This document shows positions 20,552-30,080 of a stretch of DNA of 64,000 bases, piece after piece. Under the pieces are notes generated by a model. The model saw only the letters and a program-made list of their open reading frames with translations, did no database searches and was not told where the DNA came from. The stretch covers positions 1 to 64,000 of the forward strand of contig CBFGJX010000005.1 of assembly GCA_965649225.1 (NCBI GenBank), in the 5' to 3' direction. Made by a program: the position numbers and the translations under genes. How positions within the stretch are numbered: the first letter of the stretch is position 1; the number at the start of each line of letters is the position of its first letter. This stretch comes from a candidate division WOR-3 bacterium. Its GTDB lineage: Bacteria; Hydrothermota; Tepidihabitantia; Tepidihabitantales; Tepidihabitantaceae.

Positions 20552-21148
20552 TCAGTTACCGATTCGGCTCGGGTCGTCGTAGTAGTTGCCGACTGTAACC
20601 CGGAACTTGGCGACACACTGGACATCACGACCGGACAGAGAGTCAGTCGCTTTCAGGGTCAGTGTGCCGTCAACTTCGTCGACCAGATCAAGGTCATCGG
20701 GCTGGTCGGCAATGTCATCGCCGTAGTGCTCAATCAACCAGGAGGAGGGAACCAGTTGGACTTTGGCCTTGACAGTCCGGCGGCCTTCGCGGTCGGACTG
20801 AACTGCGATGTTCATGGGAATGTTGACGGTACCACGGGACTGACCGCTGGTGCTCTTGTAGACGATGGTGCCGGTGTGGACTGTCGCCTGATAGGGAGTC
20901 CAGGTCGGAAGACCGCTGCCGATTTCAACGTACTGCAGCGTGATTTCGGCTTCCTGCGATGGCGTGACGGAGATAAGCTCCGGCTCAGCCTCGGGGTCAG
21001 TCGGGTCAACGTAAACACCGAAGTCGGCGAGGTCGGCCTTGATGGGCATACCTTCGTTCACGGATGTCACGCGCAGGACGTTCTGCTGTTGACAACCGGC
21101 ACCGACCATAATTACCAGACCAGACAGCACAAAGGCCAACTGACGCAT
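20552..21148 (-). CDS. Hypothetical lipoprotein
   Basis: SD AAGGAGG; signal ending GAGC (lipobox-like); beta-rich; own promoter and terminator. Confidence 0.75.
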   Translation of the reverse strand: MRQLAFVLSGLVIMVGAGCQQQNVLRVTSVNEGMPIKADLADFGVYVDPTDPEAEPELISVTPSQEAEITLQYVEIGSGLPTWTPYQATVHTGTIVYKSTSGQSRGTVNIPMNIAVQSDREGRRTVKAKVQLVPSSWLIEHYGDDIADQPDDLDLVDEVDGTLTLKATDSLSGRDVQCVAKFRVTVGNYYDDPSRIGN

Positions 21149-21175
21149 GCGGTTCCTCCTTGGAGTTCTGCATAA

Positions 21176-21203
21176 ATTTTACCTTCAAGCGCAGCGCTGT
21201 CAA
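21176..21203 (-). promoter_or_regulatory. sigma70-type promoter
   Basis: Minus strand TTGACA-16 bp-TAAAAT. Confidence 0.75.
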
Positions 21204-21246
21204 GCAGTTTGCAGGCAGATTCGAAGAGAGCCGGTTTCACAAGCGG

Positions 21247-21669
21247 TTAGATTTCAACGACCCGCCAGGAGTAACTGACCGGACAGGCTTGACGGAGCAT
21301 GGCCGAAACCGAGCAGTATTTCTCCTGCGAAAGCTCGATCGCCCGTTTGACTTTTTCCGGGTCAATACCGCTGCCGGTGATGACGTATTCAATCGCGATG
21401 CTGGTGTAGACGGTCGGGTGCGTTTCGGCCTTTTCGGCGGTGATGTTCATCGTCAGGTCCCGGAACTCAACGCGCATCTTGTTGAGCAGCGACACGACAT
21501 CCATTCCGGTGCAGCCGCCAAGGGCAATCAGCAGCAGTTCCAGCGGCCGGGTGGCCGAGTTTTCCCCGCCGAAGTCAGGGGCAGCGTCCATTGCTACCAG
21601 ATGGTTGGAGCCGGCCCGGCCGATAAACTGCATTCCGCCGGCCCAGCGGACTTTCGCCTGATGCTGCAT
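21247..21669 (-). CDS. OsmC/YhfA family protein
   Basis: PLELLL.ALGGCTGMDVV, AIELS.EKYCSVS. Confidence 0.93.
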   Translation of the reverse strand: MQHQAKVRWAGGMQFIGRAGSNHLVAMDAAPDFGGENSATRPLELLLIALGGCTGMDVVSLLNKMRVEFRDLTMNITAEKAETHPTVYTSIAIEYVITGSGIDPEKVKRAIELSQEKYCSVSAMLRQACPVSYSWRVVEI

Positions 21670-21688
21670 CAGTAGTACTCCTTTCGTT

Positions 21689-22405
21689 TCAGAACCGGCG
21701 GAGGATGTTGAAACCGATTCGGAAGCGCCCTTTGAGAATATCGCGGTTGGCGGCGCTGAAAGACGCCGGCACGGTCTGAGCCCAGGAGTTGCCGGCGATG
21801 AGCGTGAAGTTGTGCCAGCCGAGCCGCTTGTCCAGAGCGAGGTTCCAGGCGAGGAGGTTACGCTCGCCGAGCAAAACCGGCTCCGTCTCCAGCCCGAGCG
21901 CGAGCCCGTTACCCAGGTTGCCGACCGCGCCCAGTCCGAGTGACACGAAGGGGTCGTCGATGCCGGCCAGGCTCGCGGTCACTCGCGGCATCGCCAGAAG
22001 GTGCAGTCGTCCGGCAATAGTCCACGGCATGGCCAGCGCAAGATTGGCCCAGGTGTTGTCTGAACTGAAGTCGACGACGTTGGCGCCGATGCCGGCGCAG
22101 AGCACGGTCCAGCGCGTTGGCGCGTACGCGCCATGCAGGCCGACTTCCTTGTTCGGCTCGTTGCTGAACCACGCGCCGGCGCCGGCCCTGCCGCCGATGC
22201 CGCGGTCAAAGGTAACCAGCACGTTGGCCGTGCGGAAGAAGTTGAGCAGGTTGCCTTCAAGTACTGAGTTGTCCGCGGCCGACAGGAAGCGGTGCGAGAT
22301 GCCGAACTGCCACGCCCCGCCTTCAAGCAGACGACCGGAAGGCAGATTGGCGATACGGGTGGCGGGGAAGGCCGCCAAGGCAGCAATCAACAGTGTTGTT
22401 GTCAC
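21689..22405 (-). CDS. DUF5777-like outer-membrane beta-barrel
   Basis: F.ATRI.NLPS, F.ISHRF, H.F.L...NS, C-terminal IGFNILRRF (terminal Phe beta-signal). Confidence 0.72.
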   Translation of the reverse strand: MTTTLLIAALAAFPATRIANLPSGRLLEGGAWQFGISHRFLSAADNSVLEGNLLNFFRTANVLVTFDRGIGGRAGAGAWFSNEPNKEVGLHGAYAPTRWTVLCAGIGANVVDFSSDNTWANLALAMPWTIAGRLHLLAMPRVTASLAGIDDPFVSLGLGAVGNLGNGLALGLETEPVLLGERNLLAWNLALDKRLGWHNFTLIAGNSWAQTVPASFSAANRDILKGRFRIGFNILRRF

Positions 22406-22427
22406 GTTACCGCCGACTGCAACGGTT

Positions 22428-23249
22428 TCAGCGAATAACCGCCAGTTTCAGCACCGAGCGAATTGAACCGCCGGTCTGGATGTAGTAGTTGCCGGTGGCA
22501 ACCGGTCGGCCGCGTCCGTCGCGTCCGTCCCAGACGGCGCGCAGAATCTCGCCGTCGGCCTGGGGCATGAGCGAACGAACCAGTCGGCCGCTGGCTGCAA
22601 AGATCCGCACCGGCTGGTCCGGATCGCCGCGATACTCAATGACAGTGCGACGGTTGCCGCCAGCGCGCCACCAGCGCCGGGCTGGTACCGGCGGTCGAGG
22701 TTCATTGACAGCAGTACCTTCGGTGACGACCAGACTGTCACGGCAGACTATATCGCCACTGGTTGACCCGTCGCCGTTGCAGGCGTTGGCACACCAGTAG
22801 AAGATTACCGTGCCGGAACCGGCCGGCGGTGCCTGCCACTGGAATGTCCAGCTGACGCCAAACGGTGTGCCCATGAAGGTACCGGCAGAAGTCTGTTTGA
22901 GGTAACCGCTGCCGACCGGGCTGTACTGAGTATTGACCGGGTCGGTGACAGTTATCTGGCCGGCAGCCCCGCCGCCAGTATTGATGGTGGTGAGTTCAAA
23001 GCCCCAGCGGCGCTGGGTCAGCCATTGGATGAAGAGCTGCATGGTGTAGGTAGCGCCAGGGGTGTAGACGTTACCCGGGATGCCGGTAAGAAAGGTGGAG
23101 TCGGCTGAGCCGGGACTGCCAGTGTGGCAGCTGGCGCAGGTTGGTTCGCCGGGGGCGCCAGTATGAGCGTTAGGCGGACCGGCTGACGAGGCGGCGGCAA
23201 GTGACAATGCCGCCAGCAGTAATAATGAAATGCGCAGTGCGGGTGTCAT
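22428..23249 (-). CDS. Secreted CxxCH-reeler (choice-of-anchor V-like) protein with FlgD-Ig/T9SS-like C-terminal domain
   Basis: Signal peptide; TGAPGE.TCASCH; YTPG.TY, GFELT, WTFQW.AP..G.G.V.FY; IF..SGRLVR.L...VWDG.D..G..V.TG.Y...KL..IR. Confidence 0.8.
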   Translation of the reverse strand: MTPALRISLLLLAALSLAAASSAGPPNAHTGAPGEPTCASCHTGSPGSADSTFLTGIPGNVYTPGATYTMQLFIQWLTQRRWGFELTTINTGGGAAGQITVTDPVNTQYSPVGSGYLKQTSAGTFMGTPFGVSWTFQWQAPPAGSGTVIFYWCANACNGDGSTSGDIVCRDSLVVTEGTAVNEPRPPVPARRWWRAGGNRRTVIEYRGDPDQPVRIFAASGRLVRSLMPQADGEILRAVWDGRDGRGRPVATGNYYIQTGGSIRSVLKLAVIR

Positions 23250-23656
23250 TGTGGCTTCGCTCCTTCAGCAATCCAGCGGCGGACGAGTTCAATCTGATTG
23301 TCGGCAAGTTTGCCGCTGGGCGGCATCTTGCCGTCGCGAATCAACTGGAAAGTGAGGCTGGAATCGGGCTGGCCGGGAATGATGTTGGGCCGGCTGTCCT
23401 TGCCTGCACCAAGCAGGCCCGCGTGGTTAACGGCGACGTAGCCCGCTTTCGGCTTGTCGGTGCCGTGGCAGCCACCGCAGTTCTGGGTGAAGACTGTCAA
23501 TACGTCAGCGAAGGACACGGCGGCCGGTTCGGGCAGGGGCTCGGTTTCCGTCGCGGCGGGCTGAGCCGGTGATTCGGTTTTCTGACTGCCGCAGCCCAGC
23601 AGTAATCCGGTCAACAGTAACCCGAGAACAAGGCGCATGAGTTTGACTCCTTTCAA
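23246..23656 (-). CDS. Monoheme cytochrome c lipoprotein (planctomycete cytochrome c-like)
   Basis: Lipobox LLGC; CGGCH; IIPG.PD.S; MPP; WI.EGA. Confidence 0.88.
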   Translation of the reverse strand: MKGVKLMRLVLGLLLTGLLLGCGSQKTESPAQPAATETEPLPEPAAVSFADVLTVFTQNCGGCHGTDKPKAGYVAVNHAGLLGAGKDSRPNIIPGQPDSSLTFQLIRDGKMPPSGKLADNQIELVRRWIAEGAKPQ

Positions 23657-24006
23657 TTGTCGCGGGCGCCCTGGTTTATCCAGTTGCGGACATTGGCGAT
23701 GTCAACGGTATCCAGCCGGCCAGCCGGCGGCATTGTACCGTCAGCCAGCCGCTGCCAGAGCCGACTGGCCGCGGCATCGCCCGGAATAACGTTGGGAATG
23801 CTGTCCGAGCCCGGGCCGAGCGTACCGGCATGACTGGACAGGTCGTACCCGGCGGCCGGGGCTGCACCGGAATGGCAGGAGATGCAATGGCTGTTGAAAA
23901 CAGCACTGATGTCATTGCGGAATGAGGGGTCAGTTTTGACCTCGCCGGGGGGAGATTGACACGCAAGGATGAGCAGGGAAATGATCGCAATCAGCGGCAG
24001 CCGCAT
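23653..24006 (-). CDS. Monoheme cytochrome c lipoprotein, paralog
   Basis: SD AGAGG + ATG 24006; lipobox ILAC; CISCH; VIPGD...S; MPP; WI.QGA.DN. Confidence 0.88.
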   Translation of the reverse strand: MRLPLIAIISLLILACQSPPGEVKTDPSFRNDISAVFNSHCISCHSGAAPAAGYDLSSHAGTLGPGSDSIPNVIPGDAAASRLWQRLADGTMPPAGRLDTVDIANVRNWINQGARDN

Positions 24007-24646
24007 GAACCGTTCCTCTGGATGCTTCCTTGATGAGATTATCGTGATGGTCGAGTGGGTGTCAAGCAGGGCAGCAAAGAGCCCGGTTGTGCAGCCGTCA
24101 ACCGCAGTCAATAGGGCTGAACTGGCAGTGGATTGGCAGCGGCTTGGAGACTGAGACCGGCGGGGAGTGGTTGGAATGCGGCCGACAGCTGCGGGGGTGT
24201 TGCTGGAATCATCTGCGGCAAAGGCGTTGGCAGCTGGTGATGAGGCATCCCGGGCTGCTGCTGTGGCAGTGTGCCGGATCGGTAGTTGAACTGCCACTTG
24301 TCCTTTGGTCGGCGTGGAGATGCTTTGCAGCAGGGTCTTAGCAGTACTGTCGGCAAGTGGCGGGCGGGTATGAGTTGATGCCGCGATTCCTGCCAGGGTT
24401 GTCACTGCCGGGGATACGGTCTGGTGGCGGAAGTGCATCTCCGCGTCCAGTGGTATAACATAATGACACAGATTGCTTTAGCGTCGTGATTGCCGCCGAA
24501 ACCGGTTTAGTCTGGCGTGCAAGTCCCGTGTGGAATCTCAGCGTCAGAGCTATCGGTAACAGAATCCTTGACCTGAAGCGGACAACCGGCAGAATTGGCC
24601 CGATGTTGTTATGTCCGGTCTTTTCAGACAGGAAAAGGGACGGCAG

Positions 24647-25210
24647 ATGAGTGTTGTGGCCGGAGCCGCAGCGATTGTTGTCGGGCTGGCAGTCTGTTTT
24701 CGCGGGCAGCGGCTGGCGCGGGTTGCGCTGGTACTGACCGGATTTGCGGCTGGGGCGCTGCTGGCTTTGAACGGGTTACAAATGCTGCCCAATGCCAGTG
24801 ATACTTTTCGCTATATCGTGGCGGGTGTTGCCGGAGTGCTGGGAGCGGTGCTGGCATTGTTGCTTTATGGTGTTGGAGTGTTTCTGCTCGGGGCACTGGC
24901 AGGTGCTTTCCTGGCTGGACTTTCGGCGGCGCTGATGCGGGTGGAGGTTACCGCTCTGGTGGTGTTTATCGCGGCGCTGGCAGGCGGAGTCATTACTTTG
25001 CTGGCACAGCGCTGGCTGCTGTCGGTGTTGACTGCGTTTGCCGGGGCGTGGTTGGCCCTGTCGGGGCTGCTGGCAGTCTTGCACACCGGTGCAGATGGCT
25101 GGCTGGAACGGCTTGCCGGCAAGGTTGAGGGCACGGATGGGCTGATTGTCGGGTCGTGGCTGCTGCTGGGAGTGCTGGGCAGTCTTGTCCAGTTGCGCCG
25201 TCGCCACTAG
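24647..25210 (+). CDS. DUF4203/TM7S3-like membrane protein
   Basis: GL..CF.G.RL, 6-7 Gly/Ala-rich TM segments, C-terminal G..VQ. Confidence 0.75.
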   Translation: MSVVAGAAAIVVGLAVCFRGQRLARVALVLTGFAAGALLALNGLQMLPNASDTFRYIVAGVAGVLGAVLALLLYGVGVFLLGALAGAFLAGLSAALMRVEVTALVVFIAALAGGVITLLAQRWLLSVLTAFAGAWLALSGLLAVLHTGADGWLERLAGKVEGTDGLIVGSWLLLGVLGSLVQLRRRH

Positions 25211-25242
25211 TCAACTCAGATTGTTTTGAGGGAGTAGTCAGT

Positions 25243-26643
25243 ATCAGCAGGACAGTTAGCTACCCGACGCCGATTGCGGTTGACGCTGCGTATTCTCCCG
25301 GCAGAAGAATCTGGGCTGTGGCTTGGCCGGTGATGCTGCTGTCGTTACTCTTCACCGGTCTGCATCTGGTTGACATGTTCTGGGTTGGCAGGCTGGGTCG
25401 GGCAGCGGTGGCGGGCGCAGCACTGGCTGGTTCGGTTGTGGGGGTATTCTTTGCCCTCGGACAGTTGTTCACGGTCGGGCTGATGGCAACCGTCGCCCGG
25501 GCAGTTGGCGCCGGTCGAGCCGATGTTGCCGCCGAGAGTGTCTGGCATGGTCTGGTGCTGGCGTTGCTGTTTTCGCTGCCGCTGGCTGTGGCAGGGGCTG
25601 TTGCCGCGCCCGGTATGGTGCGGCTTTTCCGGGCTGCGCCCGAGGTGGTAGCCCAGGGCGGGCCTTATCTGCGGCTGCTGCTGGCAGCGTCACCGGGTTT
25701 CTTTTGCGGCATGGTGACATACACGGCGTTTCAGGCTTGTGGCGATACCCGTACGCCAATGTACGTCATTGCCGGGGCCAATCTGCTGAACGCAGTGCTG
25801 GACCCGGTGGCAATCTTCGGCTGGCCGGGTTTCCCGGGGCTGGGGATGACCGGTGCGGCGCTGGCGACAGTGGTGGCGCAGTCGTTCGGTCTCGCGGTGA
25901 TGCTGGTTCTGCTGGTCCGGCGTGGGTTGTTGCGGCCGGTGAGGCTGAGAGCAAGGGTTTTCAGGACTCTGGCGGGCATCGGCATACCGGCCGGCCTGCA
26001 GGGTGTAACCCGGCCTTTGACCGGGATGATGATGTTCGGTATCGTTGCCGGCTTCGGCACCGCGCCGACCGCAGCATTCGGTATCGGGATGCGGTTGCTG
26101 GAGGTTATGTTCGTCTATCTTTCCGGGCTGGGCACTGCCGCCGAGGTGCTTACCGGCCAGAGTCTGGGCGCGGGCAAACCGGAGCTTGCCCTTGCCTTTG
26201 GTCGCCGGATCACGTTTACTGCGCTTGGATTGCAGCTGGTGGTGATGCCGCTGCTTTTCGTTTTTGCGCCGGTGCTGGTGGCGGTTTTCAATTCCGACCC
26301 GGCGGTTGTGGCAATCGGAACCGGCTACCTGCGAGTGCTGGCACCGATGCTTGTGGCAACCGGGGTTACGACTGCCTGGGCCGGGGTCCAACGTGGCGCC
26401 GGTGCAACGGTGGTACCGATGGCGGCGGCCCTGCTTGCCAACTGGGCAGTCAAGCTGCCGTTGTCGGTGTTGCTGGCGCGGACAGCCGGGCTTGGTCCTG
26501 TCGGAGTCTGGATCGGCATCGGCGTTTCCGTGCTGGTTGAAGCGGCGGTGCTGGCCGGCGGCTACTTTCGCTATCGCTGGCTGGAGCGCCGCCTTGACTA
26601 CAACGAGCAGGAAGGCCGGAAACCGCTGTCGAGCTTCAGTTGA
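25243..26643 (+). CDS. MATE family efflux transporter (start uncertain)
   Basis: D.FWVGRLG..A.AG, GDTRTPM, N.VLDP..IFG, G.TGAALAT, two-fold repeat. Confidence 0.9.
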   Translation: MSRTVSYPTPIAVDAAYSPGRRIWAVAWPVMLLSLLFTGLHLVDMFWVGRLGRAAVAGAALAGSVVGVFFALGQLFTVGLMATVARAVGAGRADVAAESVWHGLVLALLFSLPLAVAGAVAAPGMVRLFRAAPEVVAQGGPYLRLLLAASPGFFCGMVTYTAFQACGDTRTPMYVIAGANLLNAVLDPVAIFGWPGFPGLGMTGAALATVVAQSFGLAVMLVLLVRRGLLRPVRLRARVFRTLAGIGIPAGLQGVTRPLTGMMMFGIVAGFGTAPTAAFGIGMRLLEVMFVYLSGLGTAAEVLTGQSLGAGKPELALAFGRRITFTALGLQLVVMPLLFVFAPVLVAVFNSDPAVVAIGTGYLRVLAPMLVATGVTTAWAGVQRGAGATVVPMAAALLANWAVKLPLSVLLARTAGLGPVGVWIGIGVSVLVEAAVLAGGYFRYRWLERRLDYNEQEGRKPLSSFS

Positions 26644-27208
26644 CTTCGACGAACCGGGGCCGGGCGAAGACTACCTGGCCGACGTCGGTGTCCAGCGTTC
26701 CCTGAATGACCACTTCCATCTCCCGGCCGATCGCGTCGGCGGCGTCGGCAACGACTACCTTGATACCTCCGTCCAGATAGCCGATGCCTTCGTCTTTTTC
26801 CTTGCCGCGTTTGGCAATCTTGATTTTGACGGTTGTGCCGGGCAGGTAGACGGGTTTGAACAGCGTGTAGATTTCAGTCAAGTTGACCGCGGCCGGCGCC
26901 GCCGCCGATTTCAGCTCCGGGCTGGTGGTAATGAGAAATCCTTTGGATTTGCGCAGAGCATTGAGCAGACCGGAACGGTCGAGCAGGCCCGGGTCAAGTT
27001 TGATTTTGAACTGCTTGATTTTCTTGAGCTCTTCGATGTTTTCCCAGGCCCGGCGCAGCCGGTGCTCGTTCTGCTCTGATGCCGGTTGCGGCGGCTGGGG
27101 CAGAAGCAGTTTGCCTTCAATCAAACCCAGCGAACAGAAGCGGACGATTCGCGGGTCGGTGAGTGTGTCGAAATCGATCAACCAGGTTCGGGTTCGGGAA
27201 AATAACAT
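26636..27208 (-). CDS. PIN/TRAM-domain protein (YacL C-terminal-like, no TM region)
   Basis: KPVYLPG, GKE.DEGIGYLDGG.KVVV, G.VVFA; downstream of radA. Confidence 0.78.
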   Translation of the reverse strand: MLFSRTRTWLIDFDTLTDPRIVRFCSLGLIEGKLLLPQPPQPASEQNEHRLRRAWENIEELKKIKQFKIKLDPGLLDRSGLLNALRKSKGFLITTSPELKSAAAPAAVNLTEIYTLFKPVYLPGTTVKIKIAKRGKEKDEGIGYLDGGIKVVVADAADAIGREMEVVIQGTLDTDVGQVVFARPRFVEVN

Positions 27209-27265
27209 TTTTCATCCTCCATCCGAGGCAATGCCCGGGGCAGGGGGTATGGAATATGCTCTGGT

Positions 27266-28633
27266 TCAACACAGATTCACTGCCTCGAGTGCCTCACGGA
27301 CTGTTTCAACCGGGTGAAGTTGAGATTTGTCGGCGCGAATACGGTCGGCGCCGCGCCGGGGAAGAATCACGGTAGTAAAGCCGAGCCGGGCTGCTTCCGC
27401 AACCCGGGCGTCGCTGCGGGCGACCGAACGGACTTCGCCGCCCAGGCCGGCTTCGCCGATAAAGGCGGCGGTGGCGGGCAGCGGGCGGTTCCGGATTGAT
27501 GAGGCGAGGGCGGCAAGCAGCCCGAGGTCGCCAGCGGTTTCGGTCAGCCGCAGACCACCGGCAACGTTGACAAAGACGTCCTGACCGGCGAGTGACATGC
27601 CGGCGCGCCGTTCGAGCACGCAGATCAGCATGTTCAGACGCCGGATATCGAAACCGGTGGCGGTGCGCTGGGGCAGGGCGAAAGGCGTCGGAGCGACCAG
27701 CGCCTGAATCTCGGCCAGGATTGGCCGAGTGCCTTCAAGCGTGGCGATGACTGCCGAACCGGAGACATCGGGCCGGCGGCCGGCCAGGAAAAAACCGGAA
27801 GGATTGGCAACTTCGGCGAGTCCGGCCTCGGTCATCTCGAAGACACCGATTTCATTGGTTGAACCGTAGCGGTTCTTGGCCGCGCGGACGATCCGGTACT
27901 GCAGCGAGTTCTCGCCTTCGAAGTAAAGCACGGTGTCCACCATGTGTTCCAGGGTGCGCGGACCGGCGATGGCGCCGTGTTTGGTGACGTGGCCGACGAT
28001 CATGGTCGTCAGTGTGCGTGATTTGGCCAGCCGGACGAGTTCGGCGGTGCATTCGCGCACCTGGCCGACCGAACCGGGCGCACCGGCAAGCAGCGGACGG
28101 TAAACGGTCTGGATCGAGTCGATTATCAGCAGGGCAGGAGAAAGTTCATCGACTGCGGCGAGAATGTCTTCCAGCTCGACGGCGCAGAGGATATTGATGG
28201 CGGTGGTGTCACAGTTCAGCCGTTCTGCGCGCAGGCGGACCTGCTGGGCAGATTCCTCGCCGGTGACGTAGAGGACGTTCGTTCCGGAGCGCGCCAGGCG
28301 GTCCGATACCTGCAGTGTCAGCGTCGACTTGCCCACCCCGGGTTCGCCGCCGATCAGCAGTACCGAACCGGGCACGAGTCCACCGCCCAGCACGCGGTCA
28401 AGTTCAGCCGAGCCGGTCGCGAGCCGCTGAGCGGTCTGCGCCGCAATGTCGGCCAGCCGGACCGGCCGGGTACCGCTGGCAGCAACCGCGATGCGGCCAC
28501 CGCTGCGGGCCTTCTGGGCGACGCGCGGTTCCTCGACGAGCGTATTCCACTGGCCGCAGGCCGGACAGCGGCCGAGCCAGCGCGGGGTTTCGGCACCGCA
28601 GTCCTGGCAGACGAATACCGAGCTGCGTTTCAT
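27266..28633 (-). CDS. radA: DNA repair protein RadA/Sms
   Basis: CQDC..W.GRCPAC, GEPGVGKST, KNRYG. Confidence 0.97.
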   Translation of the reverse strand: MKRSSVFVCQDCGAETPRWLGRCPACGQWNTLVEEPRVAQKARSGGRIAVAASGTRPVRLADIAAQTAQRLATGSAELDRVLGGGLVPGSVLLIGGEPGVGKSTLTLQVSDRLARSGTNVLYVTGEESAQQVRLRAERLNCDTTAINILCAVELEDILAAVDELSPALLIIDSIQTVYRPLLAGAPGSVGQVRECTAELVRLAKSRTLTTMIVGHVTKHGAIAGPRTLEHMVDTVLYFEGENSLQYRIVRAAKNRYGSTNEIGVFEMTEAGLAEVANPSGFFLAGRRPDVSGSAVIATLEGTRPILAEIQALVAPTPFALPQRTATGFDIRRLNMLICVLERRAGMSLAGQDVFVNVAGGLRLTETAGDLGLLAALASSIRNRPLPATAAFIGEAGLGGEVRSVARSDARVAEAARLGFTTVILPRRGADRIRADKSQLHPVETVREALEAVNLC

Positions 28634-28670
28634 GGCCGTTCCAGTCGGGCGATGGCTCGGTAATCCGGTT

Positions 28671-30080
28671 TCACGGCAAAGGTTCGTCTTCGTCTGCCGG
28701 GGGTGGTTCGACGGGCGGGGTGACACCGCCATAGGGGTTCTCGAACCGCATGTATTCGCCGAGGAAGATCAGCGGTACGCTGCCGAGCGGGCCGTTGCGC
28801 TGCTTGGCGATTATCGCCTCGGCCTTGCCCTGCAGCGACGGGTCGTCGGGATAGTAGAACTCGGCCCGGTAAAGTAGAATCACCAGGTCGGCGTCCTGTT
28901 CGATTGCGCCGGATTCGCGCAGGTCGGAAAGCTGGGGTTTTTTGTCGCCGCCACGCTGTTCGGGTGCGCGGGAGAGCTGCGAGATTGCGATAACCGGCAC
29001 GTCCAGTTCCTTCGCCATCGCTTTCAGGGCACGGGTGGTATCGGAAATCTCCTGCTGACGGTTGCGCTCCCGACGGCGGTCACCGTAGGATTCCATCAAC
29101 TGGAGGTAGTCAATCAACACCAGGCCGAGTTTGTTGGTTTCGGCTTTCAACCGCCGGGCACGGGCGCGAATATCCAGTGCGTTCAGCCCGGGCGAATCGT
29201 CGATGTAGATTGGCGATTCACGGAGACTGCCGGAGAAGCGGGCAAGCCGGCCGCGTTCCTCCGAGGTCAGCCGGGCGCGACGAAGGTTTTTCATTCCGAC
29301 ACTGGCAGTCGAGCAGAGCAGTCGCTGGATGAGCGATTCGGCGGACATCTCGAGACTGAATACCGCCACCGGCAGCTGCTGGCGATAGGCGATGTTGTAG
29401 GCGATGTTGAGTGCGAAAGCGGTCTTGCCCATCGAGGGTCGGCCGGCAACGATTACCAGTTCGCCCCGCTGCAAGCCCGAAGTACGTTCGTCAAGTTCAT
29501 TGAAACCGGTCGGCAGCCCGAAGTGGTGCCGGCCCTCGCGGCTGGCGCTTTCAATCCTTTCCCATTCCCGGCTGAGCAGCGTCTCGATGCGATCGAAACC
29601 CTTGCGGAAACCGGCGTCGCGGATTTCGAAGATTTTCTGTTCGGCCTGCTCGAGCAGTTCTTCGGCCCGGGAACTTTCGTCGTAGGCGGCCTGAACGATT
29701 TCGGTCGCGGTCTGAATCAACTGCCGCTGAATTGACTTCTCCAGGACCAGCCGGGCGTGGTCTTCGCAGTTGGCGGTGGTCAGGACCGCATCCAGCAGTC
29801 CGGAGAGATAGGCCTGTCCACCGACCGCATCGAGCTGCTTCATTCGCCGCAGTTCCGCGATGACGCTGGTGATGTCGGTCGGCGAGTTGTTCTGAAACAG
29901 ATTGATTATCGCCTCACAGATTGAGCGATGAGCCGGCAGATAGAAATGGTCCGGACGGAGGTACTGGATGACGCGGGGTACCGCTTCCGGTTCCAGCAGC
30001 ATGGCGCCGAGCACGGCGGTCTCGGCCTCAAGCGACTGCGGTGGCCGGCGGCCGGTCAGGGGTTGGTCTTCAGCCGGCAT
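28671..30080 (-). CDS. dnaB: Replicative DNA helicase
   Basis: PPQSLEAE, GRPSMGKT, IDYLQL, SDLRESGAIEQDAD, KQRNGP. Confidence 0.98.
   Translation of the reverse strand: MPAEDQPLTGRRPPQSLEAETAVLGAMLLEPEAVPRVIQYLRPDHFYLPAHRSICEAIINLFQNNSPTDITSVIAELRRMKQLDAVGGQAYLSGLLDAVLTTANCEDHARLVLEKSIQRQLIQTATEIVQAAYDESSRAEELLEQAEQKIFEIRDAGFRKGFDRIETLLSREWERIESASREGRHHFGLPTGFNELDERTSGLQRGELVIVAGRPSMGKTAFALNIAYNIAYRQQLPVAVFSLEMSAESLIQRLLCSTASVGMKNLRRARLTSEERGRLARFSGSLRESPIYIDDSPGLNALDIRARARRLKAETNKLGLVLIDYLQLMESYGDRRRERNRQQEISDTTRALKAMAKELDVPVIAISQLSRAPEQRGGDKKPQLSDLRESGAIEQDADLVILLYRAEFYYPDDPSLQGKAEAIIAKQRNGPLGSVPLIFLGEYMRFENPYGGVTPPVEPPPADEDEPLP

Noticed and set aside
24007..24438. 144-aa N-terminal extension of the cytochrome ORF 23653..24438
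   Set aside because: Low-complexity sequence; SD, lipoprotein signal and promoter all point to ATG 24006
28671..30080. Intein in DnaB
   Set aside because: Normal length with contiguous motifs
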